Positions 35,518 to 47,996 are shown, counted from the stretch's first letter. The stretch is 64,000 nucleotides of DNA from Octopus sinensis (GCF_006345805.1 NC_043001.1:107260001-107324000), one strand, 5' to 3'. Numbers and translations: made by a program. The notes: a model not told the origin generated them from the letters alone.

Positions 35518-36175
35518 TGACAATGTTTGGTCGTAAATTTTCAATTTGCCTGGCGACTTCATATTTCGTTTTCCATATGAAGTTTACGTGGGCGTTTCAA
35601 AGACGTATTCTGTTTTATGGTTATACAACTTTTTCTACGTGTTCAAATTCAAATTTATGCTTTTAAAGATTCGCCAAAGTAAAGTTGTAGTAACTTTGTC
35701 AGGTCTCCAGTTCTTATAACCCTTACGAGTAACCATCTTATTACATGCTTACAACTTCGACTTTATATGTAATCGTCTCTTTTGTTTTAGTATGTATTTT
35801 ACATGCAACTGAGATGTATTTTTTATTTATAACAAGAGATAGATAGAGAGATATGTTACAGAGAGATAGAGATAGATAGCGAGCGATGGATAGAGAGATA
35901 TACATAAAGAGATATGTTACGTCACTGACGCTAGAAAACAAAAGTAAATATTTTAAAATCTTTCAAAGACGTGAATGTCATATAAAAACAACATTTTAAT
36001 TTTTATTAATTTTTAATAAAAAAAAAATCATATTAAGACCCTATTTTATGCCCGAGGTCAAATTATTCATCTATCACAAGTATGGAAGTAATTGGAGAAG
36101 CGTCTATCTGTCTTATTTTCAACATTCCTATGGAATTGTCCATGGATTCTTTTCTTTATTCACTTATATTCAGTT

Positions 36176-36227
<52 letters not shown>

Positions 36228-36243
36228 TATTATTATTATTACA

Positions 36244-36819
36244 GAGTGAAAGAGTAGTGCATGCCATCAAAGTGACACTGGGGTAAAATATACAAATCCC
36301 AGTATACCCATCATGACTACCCGTGTTATCATGTACATTGTTTTGTCTTGGTATAAAAGATGGGCTACAGCAAATATTCTGCTCAATACCACAGATTTGC
36401 TTGTCAGTTGTTTGACCTTAACCAGTTGAGCATGTCCCTTAGTGGCTGACGATATGTGCATCTCTGATCACGAGCAGAAGTAGTGGGAGAGCATCATAGT
36501 CATGTGTTGAGAGGGATTCTTTGTGGTTTGAATAATTCACCTCTGGAAACATGGTTGTTTCGTTCAACATCCTTAAACAACCCTTATTCAGAGACCTTTT
36601 GAACGGGATGGACTACTCGACCAGAAGAAAATTCTAACTGAACTCCACCTGCAAGGTCATGCGCTGTTTATCTTGATATGAGATCACCATGTCGCGCACA
36701 TATGGTTGTGATGCATATGCCTGGTGTACCCTTATCAGACGGGTAGTCAAGTTGGGTATACTGGGCTTCGTATATCTTACCCCAATGTCACTTTGATGGC
36801 ATGCACTGCTCTCTCACTC
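36244..36819. mobile_element. LINE-3'-UTR-like element ending in (AAT)n with an inverted copy of its 3' ~80 bp at the other end
   Basis: 36244-36324 is the reverse complement of 36739-36819. (TTA)n lies at 36178-36240 and (AAT)/(GAT)n at 36820-36914. Another copy is at about 57577-57786 (minus). Confidence 0.65.
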
Positions 36820-36841
36820 AATAATAATAACAGAAATAATA

Positions 36842-36884
<43 letters not shown>

Positions 36885-37281
36885 TGATGATGATGATGAT
36901 GATAATAATAATAATCAGAAGAAGAAGAATGAAATGCGCTCTATAATTCTGGTTTCACATCACGCTGAGCTAAACGTTAAGTTTCATGGTTTCAAGTTCG
37001 ATACGAAAAATTTCAATGAAATACTTGCCGACGTCTTCAACTTTCTCCTTTCAGTGTTGCTGACCTTGTGCCTAAATTAGAAACAATTACGTAATTAGGT
37101 TCGCTATTAAATACCATGCACAACTCACCGTGTGTAAGCAAACTATGTTTCACCATCGAAATAAAAATAGATGCGAATGTCACTTGGTCCTCCTCTTGTG
37201 AAGAGAGAAATAAAGGGAACCTCTATTTCTTTCTTCGTACGAGGAGATTTGTGGTCGCGCGCAACCCCCGTCCCCATATAT

Positions 37282-37316
<35 letters not shown>

Positions 37317-37502
37317 CATATATATATATATATATGTCAGAACAAAAGATAGGAATTAAAAATTCCACGCAGTTATCAATAAAGCACTCAGTTTTAACTA
37401 CATCAAGGAATAAGACACCAATAAATCGAAGTAGATAGATAGATAGATAGAAGGATAGGTAGATGGATAGATAGATGCATGTATATATATATATATATAA
37501 TA

Positions 37503-37567
<65 letters not shown>

Positions 37568-38546
37568 CATTATATGTATATATGGTAAAGTGTTTGTTGG
37601 AAGAAGGTTAACGTCTTAATCATTTTGTTTTGTTAAATTCCCACAGAAACGTTGAAACAATCGTGATAATTTACGGGTGAAGCTATCTTATTGCTTGTTC
37701 AACGTACTGGCTGACTTCACTTTGACATAATGACGGATATACATTTGAAGACAAAAAGAAGAAAAAAACAGAAAGACATAAGAAATATACAAGAAAAATA
37801 GGTAAGAAACCAAGAAAAAAGCTAGCAAAACTCAATGAACAAAGCAGAATGGCTTTTTAATAATCATGTGAATTGAATAGCTTGATGCAGTAAACAAGTC
37901 TCTCTGAATGATCTCTCTTTCATTTTTTGTCTCTCCTTCTCCATCTTTCCAATAAAATCCTGTTTTTGCTGAGATATAAATCTCAAGCTGATGCTTTCTT
38001 CACAATGAAATACAGGTCATGAGATGATGTAATTTAGAGATAGACAACCAAAGCTAATTTAAACAGATGCGATGTGAACTTCTGAATAATGGAATACGTG
38101 TTAATCCCGTGATGTGAAGGCGCATGGTTCAATGGTTTGAGCGTTCGACTCCCGGCGACGCGTCATGTCTTTGAGTAAGACATTTTATTCCCTTCAACTG
38201 GAAAAAAATGAGTTGTACCTGTATTTCAAAGAGCCAACCTGGTCACATTGTATGTCATGTTGAATCTCCTTGAGAACTTGGGAACGATGTTACGGGTTCG
38301 CGTGTCTGTGGAGTGCTCAGCCACTTGCACGTTATTGTTCGGATCAACTGGAACCCTCGTCGTCGTAACAACCGGAGTGTAAATTCTTTTTAATCCAGCA
38401 GATATATCGGGTTGAAGATTTATAGAATATTTTTTTATTCATTTGTTCATAGACCTAGGTTTTTTTCTTTTTTTTCATAGAAATTGATACAATGAATTTT
38501 CTTTTATAAATTCTTCTTACGCACTGGGAGAAAGAATAACAGAAAA

Positions 38547-38938
38547 TCTCTCTCTATATAAAGCTGAAGTTGTCTGTGTGTGGCACGTTTGGTAGCCTAC
38601 AACTAACACTATCTCCTTCGAGACCCTGTGACACAAATTTACCCAAATTAAGAGTATGATAGAAGAAGGCTTGCTCTTCCTTCCGTAGAAGAAAAAATTG
38701 AAATCGGACCATGTAAGCACCAAAAATTATTTACATAAAATAGGTGCTTTTTTCTATGAAAATCCCTATCTTTTACGATGTTTTGACTGCTGTGTCGCTA
38801 TTTTTCGGTGTATTTCAACCAGAAAAATGTTCACTAAAAGAGAATAACAAGCTACATAATGCAAAAATCTTTACTTTTCCAAAATTCTAATTCTAAAGGG
38901 TCGAAACAAACCCGAGCAACGCCGGGCGATACTGTTAG
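38547..38938 (+). mobile_element. Complete short non-autonomous Helitron
   Basis: A|TCTCTCTCTATATAAAG start, hairpin CCCGAGCAACGCCGGG (38911-38926), and TTAG|T end (CTAG variant). Confidence 0.8.
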
Positions 38939-38976
38939 TAAAAGATATTGGTGTATCTCAGGCAAAAATGGTTGTG

Positions 38977-39523
38977 GTCTACTACAGAGAGGTAACAGGG
39001 TGACGCCGTTGTAGGATGCTACGTGAAGTCAAGCTGAACTAGGTGGAAAGATTGAACGGGTAAAAGGAGGAAATGATACTGGTTGTGGGGGGTTAGCGGT
39101 TTATCGATGGGGAAGCCAACGGCTAAGAGTGAAAGATGGAAGAGTTGATCAAGGAAGAGAAAATCTTGGATAACTGACAAAATGAAAGTTTTTAAATTTT
39201 TTCATTTCTTCAACTTTTTTCAATTCTTTCAAAATCAATTTTTTCAATTCTTTTAATTCTTTTTTTCTCAATTTTTTTCTCTTTTTCAATTTGAATTTTT
39301 TTTTTTTTCATTTTGTCATTTCTTCACGGTTTTCTCTTGGGCACTTCTACAATTTTTCTCTCTCAGCCGTTGATTTTCCCATCGACAAACTACTAACACT
39401 CCAAGTAACACCTCCTCCTACCTGTTAATTCTTTCCTCCTAGCTCACCTCTACTTCTCTTAGCATATCCCCCCCTTCTCACCAGCCTACTACGACGTCAC
39501 ACTGTTACCTCTCTGTACTAGAC
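38977..39523. repeat. Degenerate fold-back element (MITE-like)
   Basis: Terminal arms GTCTACTACAGAGAGGTAACAGGGTGACGCCG / CGACGTCACACTGTTACCTCTCTGTACTAGAC; further inner arms CGATGGGGAAGCCAACGGCT / AGCCGTTGATTTTCCCATCG. Confidence 0.7.
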
Positions 39524-40240
39524 AAAACGAAAATAAAACAGGTTTGAAATGTATATTTAGAAAATGACATGTCATGCATGCAAATCATATACCATAAAAT
39601 ATTTCATAGAATTTTAATACAAGCCTACACCCGCCTACCCACCCAAGCACACATGCACACACACACACATATACACACACAAATACATAAACTAACAAAA
39701 ACCCGCCCAGGGCAGCGTTGTTTGTTTCTACATTTGTGCTGCCTATATACGTGCATGTGTGGGTGACTGGTTGTTTAATGTCATCGTGGAGTTGTGTTTA
39801 AAATAATTTCTAAATTTATATAGACGCAAGTGTGACTGCGTGGGAAAAAGCTTGCGACTTACCATTTTGATAATTTATAATTATCACTTTACCATTTTAC
39901 TCAATCAGCCACTGGATCGTATGGTAATTTCTATAAACTGACAAATCGAATTAGCTTAACCGAAGGCAACGTAGGTGCACCACCAATGGGGATTAATTCG
40001 ATCCGAAATCACCAGTGACCTCGCGCCATCGCTTGCTGTTGGGAATAGACAGTGCTCTTTGAACAGACAATGCACTGTTCGTGACTGAGAGTTGTCTTGA
40101 CTCTTATTTCTAGCAATAGTGGTGCTGACTTGAACCCTAAGTTACTTTTAGTGAGGCTTTGTACTTGGGCCTTTTGGTTTTAAATTGCGACTAGCCACTT
40201 TAATAATTCACATATATGTATATATATATATATATGTGTG

Positions 40241-40285
<45 letters not shown>

Positions 40286-40350
40286 CTGCGTGTGCATCGT
40301 TGGCGATTGTCTTTCTCTGTATTCCCCTCCTTTGACCTTTCCTTTTTCTA

Positions 40351-40386
40351 CATTTCTGACGAAGAGCTCCGCTCGAAACGTTAAAT
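40351..40386 (+). ncRNA. Minimal type I hammerhead ribozyme motif within a Penelope-like short repeat
   Basis: ATTT-CTGACGA-A-GAGC(TCC)GCTC-GAAAC-GTT-AAAT: canonical CUGANGA/GAAA core and a 4-bp stem I. Confidence 0.65.
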
Positions 40387-40494
40387 TCTCCTTCTTTCTT
40401 TCCTTTCCTGAGCGTCCAATAACACTATACTTGTTCCACGTCCTTGCGTTGTTTTGTTTTCTCTTTGTTCATGTTTGGATTAACCATATATATA

Positions 40495-40530
<36 letters not shown>

Positions 40531-40533
<3 letters not shown>

Positions 40534-40583
40534 TGATTGATTCTAGTTTCAGCTCACGAGCTGTGGCCATGCTGGGGCAACCG

Positions 40584-40585
<2 letters not shown>
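40531..40585 (-). mobile_element. Extreme 3' tip of the CR1-group LINE with (AATC)n tail
   Basis: Minus strand GGCGGTTGCCCCAGCATGGCCACAGCTCGTGAGCTGAAACTAGAATCAATCAATC matches 23287-23330. Confidence 0.75.
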
Positions 40586-40645
<60 letters not shown>

Positions 40646-40676
40646 TATATATATATATAATATATATATATATATA

Positions 40677-41233
40677 TGGGGTTATTCAAAAAGAATGAAC
40701 CGCTTTCATTAAGCAATATTTTAATAAGGAAAGCAACAGAAAACTTTAGTTGAGTCACGGGTATTTACTCAAAATCAACTTTTATTTATTTCCTGCCTTA
40801 CACATGTTCAATGTGGCCACCACCTGTAGCCTGGGCAACATCAATGCAATAAGAGAATTCCTCTCAGACGTGTATCAGCATATCACGATCCATTGAGTTG
40901 ATCTCTATTTTTATTCGATGTTTAAGGTAATCGAGATTAGTGGGTAGTGGTGGAACATAAACACGATCTTTTACATATCCCCACAAGAAATTAAAATCAC
41001 ACACGGTGAGATCTGGGGATCTCGCAGGCCAAGCACAAAGAGAGTCTGAGAGAAATTCTGTTATCGCATTGATGTCGCTGTGTTGCAGATGGTGGTCATA
41101 TTTGAACACTTCTAAGTCAGGAAATAAAAGTCGATTGTGAGTAAACACTTGTGACTTGACTGGAGTTTTCTATAGTTTTTCCATTATTAAAATATTGAGT
41201 AATGAAATCGGTTAATTTTTTTTAATAACCGTG
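40677..41233 (-). mobile_element. Tc1/mariner-superfamily deletion derivative (rosa/DD41D-like)
   Basis: Imperfect ~33-bp TIRs (GGTTATTCAAAAAGAATGAACCGCTTTCATT / AATGAAATCGGTTAATTTTTTTTAATAACC). The ORF gives WPARSPDLTVCDFNFLWGYVKDRVY...GGGHIEH. Subfamily assignment is from motif recall. Confidence 0.8.
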
Positions 41234-41401
41234 TATGTATATATATATATATTGTATATAACATTTTTTTATTCTCTTTCTGTTTATTTCCTTGCGTTCC
41301 TTTCTGTTGAAGAGCGTAGGCTCGAAGCGTAATAGATTTAAAGTAACACACTTTGTGTTGTTTATACAACCGTCTTCGTCTTTGGTTTTTCTCTAAATTT
41401 C

Positions 41402-41448
<47 letters not shown>

Positions 41449-41466
41449 TGTATGTATATGTATGTA

Positions 41467-41517
<51 letters not shown>

Positions 41518-41525
41518 ATGTATAA

Positions 41526-41763
41526 TGTTCGTCCTTCGGGTTCGAAGATGACCATTGACATCATTTGGTGGAATTGCTGCTATGAGACCGGAGGTGGCTG
41601 GTGAGGCCAATCCGGGCAAGGAAGCCCCTCCCACAGGTGGGGCAGAAGTGGGTAGGGGCTGTGCTATTGGTGCAGGTGGCTCTGGCTTTCCGCATCTGGC
41701 GTTTCTGTTCTGCTGACTGAATCCGTCTCTCCTCGGCTGTCTTTGCTCCTGTGGTGATTGCGC
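41526..41763 (-). mobile_element. RTE-clade LINE 3' end (C-terminal C2H2 finger)
   Basis: Minus strand AITTGAKTAEERRIQSAEQKRQMRKAR...THFCPTCGRGFLARIGLTSHLRSH..*, then the 3' UTR ATGGTCATCTTCGAACCCGAAGGACGAACA. Confidence 0.85.
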
Positions 41764-43044
41764 TAAATATAAATTAGAGATAAAACTACTATTACGCAAC
41801 TCAAACAGTGATAGACATAAACCAATACATAAATAACAAATAATATATATTTGAGTTACATAATAGTGGTTTTATCTCTAATTTATATTTTATACATTTA
41901 TACTGTGAAATTTGATTTAATACTAAATTGAATTTTTCCCTGTAAGTTTGGAGTTATACTCCCAATATTATAATTATATATATATATATATATAGGACAT
42001 CACCGACTCTTCAAACAACACGAAATACGTAAACACAGAGAAGGGACCCTTCATTAATTGTCGGCTGTCTAGCTACTCCTCATTTCGAGCATTCAACGAC
42101 AATATGAATCTTCAAAGACAGTTGCTCCAATAAATTCTAAAATAAACCTTAGAATTTATGAAGGGTCAAAGTTGGGGAAAAATATAGGACAGTGGAGACA
42201 TATAGGGAAACCGAAAGCTCCTTTCTCTGTGTTTACTTGTCCTGTTTTCCATTATTTTCTCTCTTTGTTTATATTTAACACGTTTGCTTAAGCATTTCAT
42301 GTTGTTGGCACAGCTGGTGATGTCCTGTACCTTTATATACCTATATAGTAAATATATATATTTCTAAATTCTGTACGACTCATTCTTTTATTCCCCTTTA
42401 CACTTCGTTCTTTCCTTGCTCCCCATCTCTCACATTTCTTGATCTTCCCTTCATTCACATTTTCCTTCCTCTTTTACCTCATTATGTCCTTTTTGATGAA
42501 TACCACCCCTTGATCCCCTCCATTTTCTTATTGCCGTATAAATTAAGAGTAAAACAACTTTTTACCCTCACCCATTTATTACATTCAGTAGTGTAATTGT
42601 CATGCAATGAAAACAAAAAAACACTTGCGTATTAATAATTGGGTATTCTACAAGTAGTATATTGGATAGATATTATCCCTTATTTGGTTGGATTCACAAC
42701 CTTTCTCTTGGAAATATATACATACATTCATACATACAAACATACATACATACATACTTATATTTATATATATTATATAAGTAGATATATATATATATAT
42801 TACGGATATATTATATATATATACCGATATATATATATATAACATATAACATATATAATAGTAAAAATGAATTATCTTATTCGGATAATTCGAAAGATAA
42901 CGTCGATACCTGGGTAGCAAACTCCAATATAAATATAAATATTGATAGTTACGACCATATATATATATATATATAATATATATATAGTGCGGAAATTTGA
43001 TAGTTTAATATATTATAATATTATATATATTATATATATATATA

Positions 43045-43087
<43 letters not shown>

Positions 43088-43689
43088 TATATAATATTAT
43101 ATGTATATATAGTGAATCCAAACAAAGAACAAACATGAAAAAAACAACAACGCGAGGACGTGGTTCGTGTAATGTATTAGCAGACGTTCAGGAAAGGAAA
43201 GAAAGACGGTTTAACGTTTCGTTCGGGCACACTCCTTCGGAAAGAAAGGAAATTCCAATAGAAGGGAAGACGGAGGAAAGTCGCCAACGATTCACACACA
43301 GACACAGACCCCCCCACACACACACTCTCACACAAACACATATCTACTGCCGTGAGCGGCAATGATCTTGAGTCGCAAGTTGTTGCGCGCCGTCAGCAAC
43401 AATACGCATTGTTGCTGTCTTCAAATGCAGCTTGGTGGGCAGGCCCACTATACGCTGAATAGTTTGTTAACATACAATAGAGAGAAGGCAAGGAGCTGGC
43501 AGAACAATTAGCACGCCGGCAAAATTCTTCGTGACACATCGTCCGTCTTTACGTTCCGGATTAAGAATAGCAGCTGTTGTTATACTCCGTTGTTCACAAT
43601 GTACATTGTTGTTGACTTGAAATAGTTCTTCGTGAGCAGGTCTACTACACACTGAATATATTGTTAATATACTGTCGTGCGTGGGCATT

Positions 43690-46020
43690 GAAAAGAAGTT
43701 CACCTACCTTCCTCTCTTGTCTGCGCCCGTCTAGCTGTAGTCACTCCGGCGATCCTGCCCTACACTCCCACCCAGTAATAGGCAGCTGCTAACCCGAGAG
43801 TGAATCCTCTCACGTCTGTTTACAATGAGTCTGCCGGCCAAAAGAGGACGACCCGCTCCTGTTGAGGACGACCATCTCCTGTTGACCATTGACGCCATGG
43901 CCCTCTTCTTCCGGCTCATCTCCACACGCCCCTCTGATCTCCAAGATCACTTTGTCACTTCCCTCCTGTTGACCATTGACGCCATGGCCCTCTTCTTCCG
44001 GCTCCTCCCCACACGCCCCTCTGATCTCCAAGATCACCTTCTCACTTCCCTCCATGTCGAAATATACCACCCACTCGGGGGGTGGGTGCGCTTTGCACTT
44101 TGTGATCTTCTTAAACTGGGAACCTCATTCTCTTCTCTTCTACAATCATCATCTGACGAAGCGACAATCCAACGAACATCCAAGACATGGCGCGGCATTC
44201 CATCCACAGTGATGTTGTTTTTGGAATTGATATCCGTCACTATTTCTCTCTTCCACAGAGTTGTGCAACGTGTCTTTAACGGCTTGACTCAGACTTCATC
44301 TCCTACCTCCACGAAGTCGGGCCCTCTCTCTTCTACAGGGCATCTCGATGGTTTACCCGGATGCCGCCGTTCATATTTGAATATCGCTCTATGTGGCACT
44401 GACTCTTCGGCCTGTCTTGATTGGGGCGAGATGTTGTACCACAACATCACTTCCGGCGGCGAGACATGCCCCCCTCTCCGCCATGGCCTTGATCGTCCGA
44501 TCATGTCTCTCCACGAAACCATTTCCACTCGGCCTGTATGCCGCTCTGAAAAAGCGGTGCACTTTCCACCTTTCATGCATCTCCTTCAGCGCCTCCGAAC
44601 GAAATGCTGTGCCGTTGTCCATCAGCAATTCGTCCACAGGGCTCCACTCTAAGAATACCTCGTTTAGAATACATATCATCTCTTCCGCACTGCCTGTCTT
44701 CAATTCCTTCCAGGAGGTCATCCGTCCCGGCCCACAAACGACCATCGAGAGATACGTCTCCTGCCGGTTGTGTGTTACTGCTAGTTGTCTCTGGTTGTGC
44801 TCTACCGAAACGTTTCCCTGATCATGCATACCCGGAGCAGGGTCGATGATTTGACACCTGTCGCAGTTGCCGACCAGCTTTTCGATGCTCCGTCTGGTAA
44901 CGTCGGCGTCAATCCCCCCGGTGAGATACAGGGTCCTATCCACGCCCATATGATATATATCATTTAGTTTCCTTATCTCGGAGTCATTTAACTTACACAC
45001 CGCTGCTACCCCTTGCTTCGATTCTTCCGGCACCCCTTACCAGGCCTTTTTTTTTTACCCAGGTTAGAGCGTCTGCCTTGTTTCTCTCTGAAGATACAAA
45101 GACCACATTCAGCTTCAGGCCGAACTCGCCAACCAGCTTCCCTAGTATCCCTAGGCGGCGCTTCACTAGCATTTCCGCAGCCCCTTTGGTTCGCACTCTC
45201 TTCTCGTTGGTGATCACCGATCCTACCCAGCCAAGCACGGTAGCCGAATCCGTCCTGATTTCGATGGAGCGCAGCCCCCATTTCAGAGCTAAATTCACTC
45301 CCTTCAACACTGCATCCCACTCAGCGACAATGATGTGGATCTAATTATCTGCTTTTCGAAGCCAGGTGGCATCCTCCGCTTCGGTACCTCTGATTTCCAA
45401 CACGACGCCTATCGCAATGCTGCTAGCATCACACCATATGGTCCCGCTATCCGATTTGGGCAGATACCAGTTCCCTCTGACGGGGTCTTCTGCTCTCGTC
45501 CTCTCCAGGATTTCTTGCATCATCGCCACCGTCCCCTCTCCCACCTTGTCACTCCAGTTCTCTTCTGCTCGTCCCTTAGTGTAACTGAATGCCGTACGCA
45601 GCCACCCCGCGATCGGGTAGTGACCTACTAACTTACCGCACATTGAGAACAGTTCTCTCCTGCTGACGTTGATACCCAGCTCCGGGATCTCATTCCTCCA
45701 ACAAAACACCAACTCGCCTGTTATGTCTCTCTAAAGCTTCTCCAGCCATTGGCTCTGGTGGCTTTGCAATCAACCCGAATTTCTTCAAATGTCTCACAAT
45801 TTCTGTGGCAGGCACTTCGGTCTCGTCCATTTGGACGTCATCTATGTAGGAATTGGTGGCCTTTCTTATCCTATCCATCTTTCCCAGGATGGATTTGAGC
45901 ACTGTCGCCATGATCTTCGGCACAGAATTCAGCCCAAAACTCAGTCTTGGGGGACAATAGGTCCGGCCCTTGTATCGCACCAGTTGGTACTACTACAGTT
46001 TGTCGCTCACACAGAACTGC
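43690..46020 (-). mobile_element. Decayed Ty3/Gypsy LTR-retrotransposon pol region (RT-RNase H-integrase)
   Basis: RT: YKGRTYC..RLSFGLNSVPKIM..SYIDDV. RNase H: WCDASSIAIGVVLE..HII.AE.DAVLKG..IRTDSATVLGW. Integrase: HMGVDRT..C..C, LLMDNGTAF-x-NGFVERHDRTIK (D-35-E), VGDEV*VK. Domain order is RT-RH-IN, with multiple stops and frameshifts. LTRs were not identified. Confidence 0.9.
44389..45033 (-). pseudogene. Gypsy integrase remnant
   Basis: HHCC-like zinc region and D-x35-E catalytic pair; the first Asp motif is damaged. Confidence 0.85.
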
Positions 46021-46026
46021 AAATAT

Positions 46027-46215
46027 GAAAAGCGGTTCACCTACCTTCCTCTCTCGTCTGCATCAGTCTAGTAATAGTCACTCAGTTGATCCTGCCCTAC
46101 CCTCTCACGAAATAATAAGCAGCTGCTATCTCCAACCCAAGAGCGAACTCCTTCACGTCTGTTTGCAATGCCTCGACCGGCCAAAAGAGGACGACCCTCT
46201 CCTGCCCTCCCCGTA
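46027..46215 (-). mobile_element. Second, diverged copy of the Gypsy pol 3' tail
   Basis: Direct repeat of 43690-43862 (GGRPLLAGR..NRRE..SSCLL..VGQD..SDY in both), with many substitutions. Confidence 0.7.
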
Positions 46216-47084
46216 TTTTCCTTCTCACACTTCCTCTTCCGGTCAGGCCTTCCCCACATATACAATAGAAGAAGGTGGAGAGCTGGCAGAATGGTTAGCG
46301 ACATATCGTCCGTCTTTATGTTCTGGATTAGAATTCCAATGAGGTCGAACTTGCTTTTCATTCTTTCGGGATCGACAATTTAAATAGCAGCTGAGCATTG
46401 GATCGATGTAATCGACTTACTCTCTGCTCCGAAATTGCTGGTCTTGTGGCAAAATTTGAAACCAATTTACACTGGTGTTGGTTTGCTTTCGTTCCTGTAA
46501 CCTATCAGCTCAGCCAAAGATACCCATAGTAAAAGTACTATGCTTTAAAAATAAAAAATTCGTTCGACTGTAACTCTTGAAGGCAATACCCCAGCATAGC
46601 CGTAGTCAAATGAGAAAATAGGTAAAAGACGAAAGAATGATATATTCCTCAATCCTTTAAAATTCTGCCGTAATTCTCCACATGTTCCATATAATCATAT
46701 ATTCATATAAAAAAAACAAAAAACAGCATAAACGTGAAGAACAGTAAATTAAACACAAAAATATATGCGAAAAGTTTTCGGGTAGGGGGCCAGTCGAGTA
46801 GATCGATCCCAGAATGCAACTGGTACTTAATATATCGATCCTGAAAGGATGAAAGGCAAAGTCGACCCCGGCGGAATTTGAAGTCACAACGTAGCGACAG
46901 ACGAAATACGGCTATGCATCACGCCCGGCGTGCTAACGTTTCTGCCAGCTCGCCGCCTTAATATATGCAAAAAATAATAGCAAAAAGTTGATCAGATGCT
47001 CAAAATAGAAATCGAACTCTTCGGAAAATGTCAGCTTTGATTGAGTCAACATTTACGTCCGGTTTCTACAAAGCGGAAGTGAAA

Positions 47085-47560
47085 AGACAGAAAATAGACA
47101 TTATCGAGTTAACTTTTCGGAGGCTCTGGTACCGCTCTGAGTTCTTCATCCTCAGTATATACTGACTAATGTTCAGAACCATCCTCAGCATCCACCAGCT
47201 GAATGAGGCTTTTGGTCGGTATCCAAATCTCAGACACGTATAACAGCACAGACTCCATTGCAGCAACGAAGAGACGGATCTTCAGGTCTTCATGAAGGTC
47301 CGATTCCCATACAAATCTCAAACTGTGACATACCGCTCAGTGTTTGCTCCTCCTCTCAGCTATATCACCCTCTGTGTTCCCAACCTTTGCTCCCGGATAC
47401 AGGAAGTCCTCAACGACCTCTAGTGGCTTCCCACCTACATTCATAATCTTCTCCGGCTTCTTAATGTTCTCTACCAGATACTTTGACTTAATCCCATTCA
47501 TTTTAGCCCCACACTCATCGACCCAGTCCCCACCTCCTGCATCAACTCCTCTGCCTCCAT
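47085..47560 (-). mobile_element. RTE-clade LINE RT-downstream remnant
   Basis: Minus strand AKMNGIKSKYL..GKPLEVVEDFLYPGAKV..DL..DLKIRLFVAAMESVLLY.SEIW..TKSL. Confidence 0.7.
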
Positions 47561-47639
47561 CACTGTGTTTGTCACCAGAACTATGCCAGTAGCAAATTCA
47601 GCATCTGATATCTTTTTAGCCTTACGTAATATATATATC

Positions 47640-47946
47640 ACCGTGATTACCGTGACCGACCAGGCTTTCAGACTTTGCTACACATCGCTGGTAACAATGC
47701 GCCTCGCATTGTTTTTATCCTTCAAATGACGCCACCCCGCTAGCTAAGCGAGCAGGCCAACAGAAGAAAGAGTGAGAGAAGTTTGTGGCGAAAGAGTACA
47801 GCAAGGATCGCCACCCCCTGTCGGAGCTCGTGGAGCTTTAAGTGTTTTCATTCAATAAACACTCACAACACCCGGTCTGGGAATCGAAACCGCGATCCTT
47901 CGACCGCGAGTCCGCTGCCCTAACCACTGGGCCATTGCGCCTCCAC
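47640..47946 (-). mobile_element. SINE family 3 head with a third tail type
   Basis: Intact A/B boxes (TGGCCCAGTGG, TTTCGATTCC). After CTCTTTCTTC it continues GGCCTGCTCGCTTAGC..GGTGGCGTCATTTGAAGG..GCATTGT..., a tail also seen at about 10980-11090. Confidence 0.75.
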
Positions 47947-47996
47947 ACACACACACACACCACACACACACATACATACATATATATACATTTAAT

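Noticed and set aside
43825-44652. 275-aa plus-strand ORF
   Set aside because: It is antisense shadow of the Gypsy integrase region, with no independent motif.
47870-47946. tRNA-like sequences with A/B boxes (also 32876, 14240-14315, 61470-61547)
   Set aside because: They run into SINE bodies and lack a closed acceptor stem; they are SINE heads, not tRNA genes.
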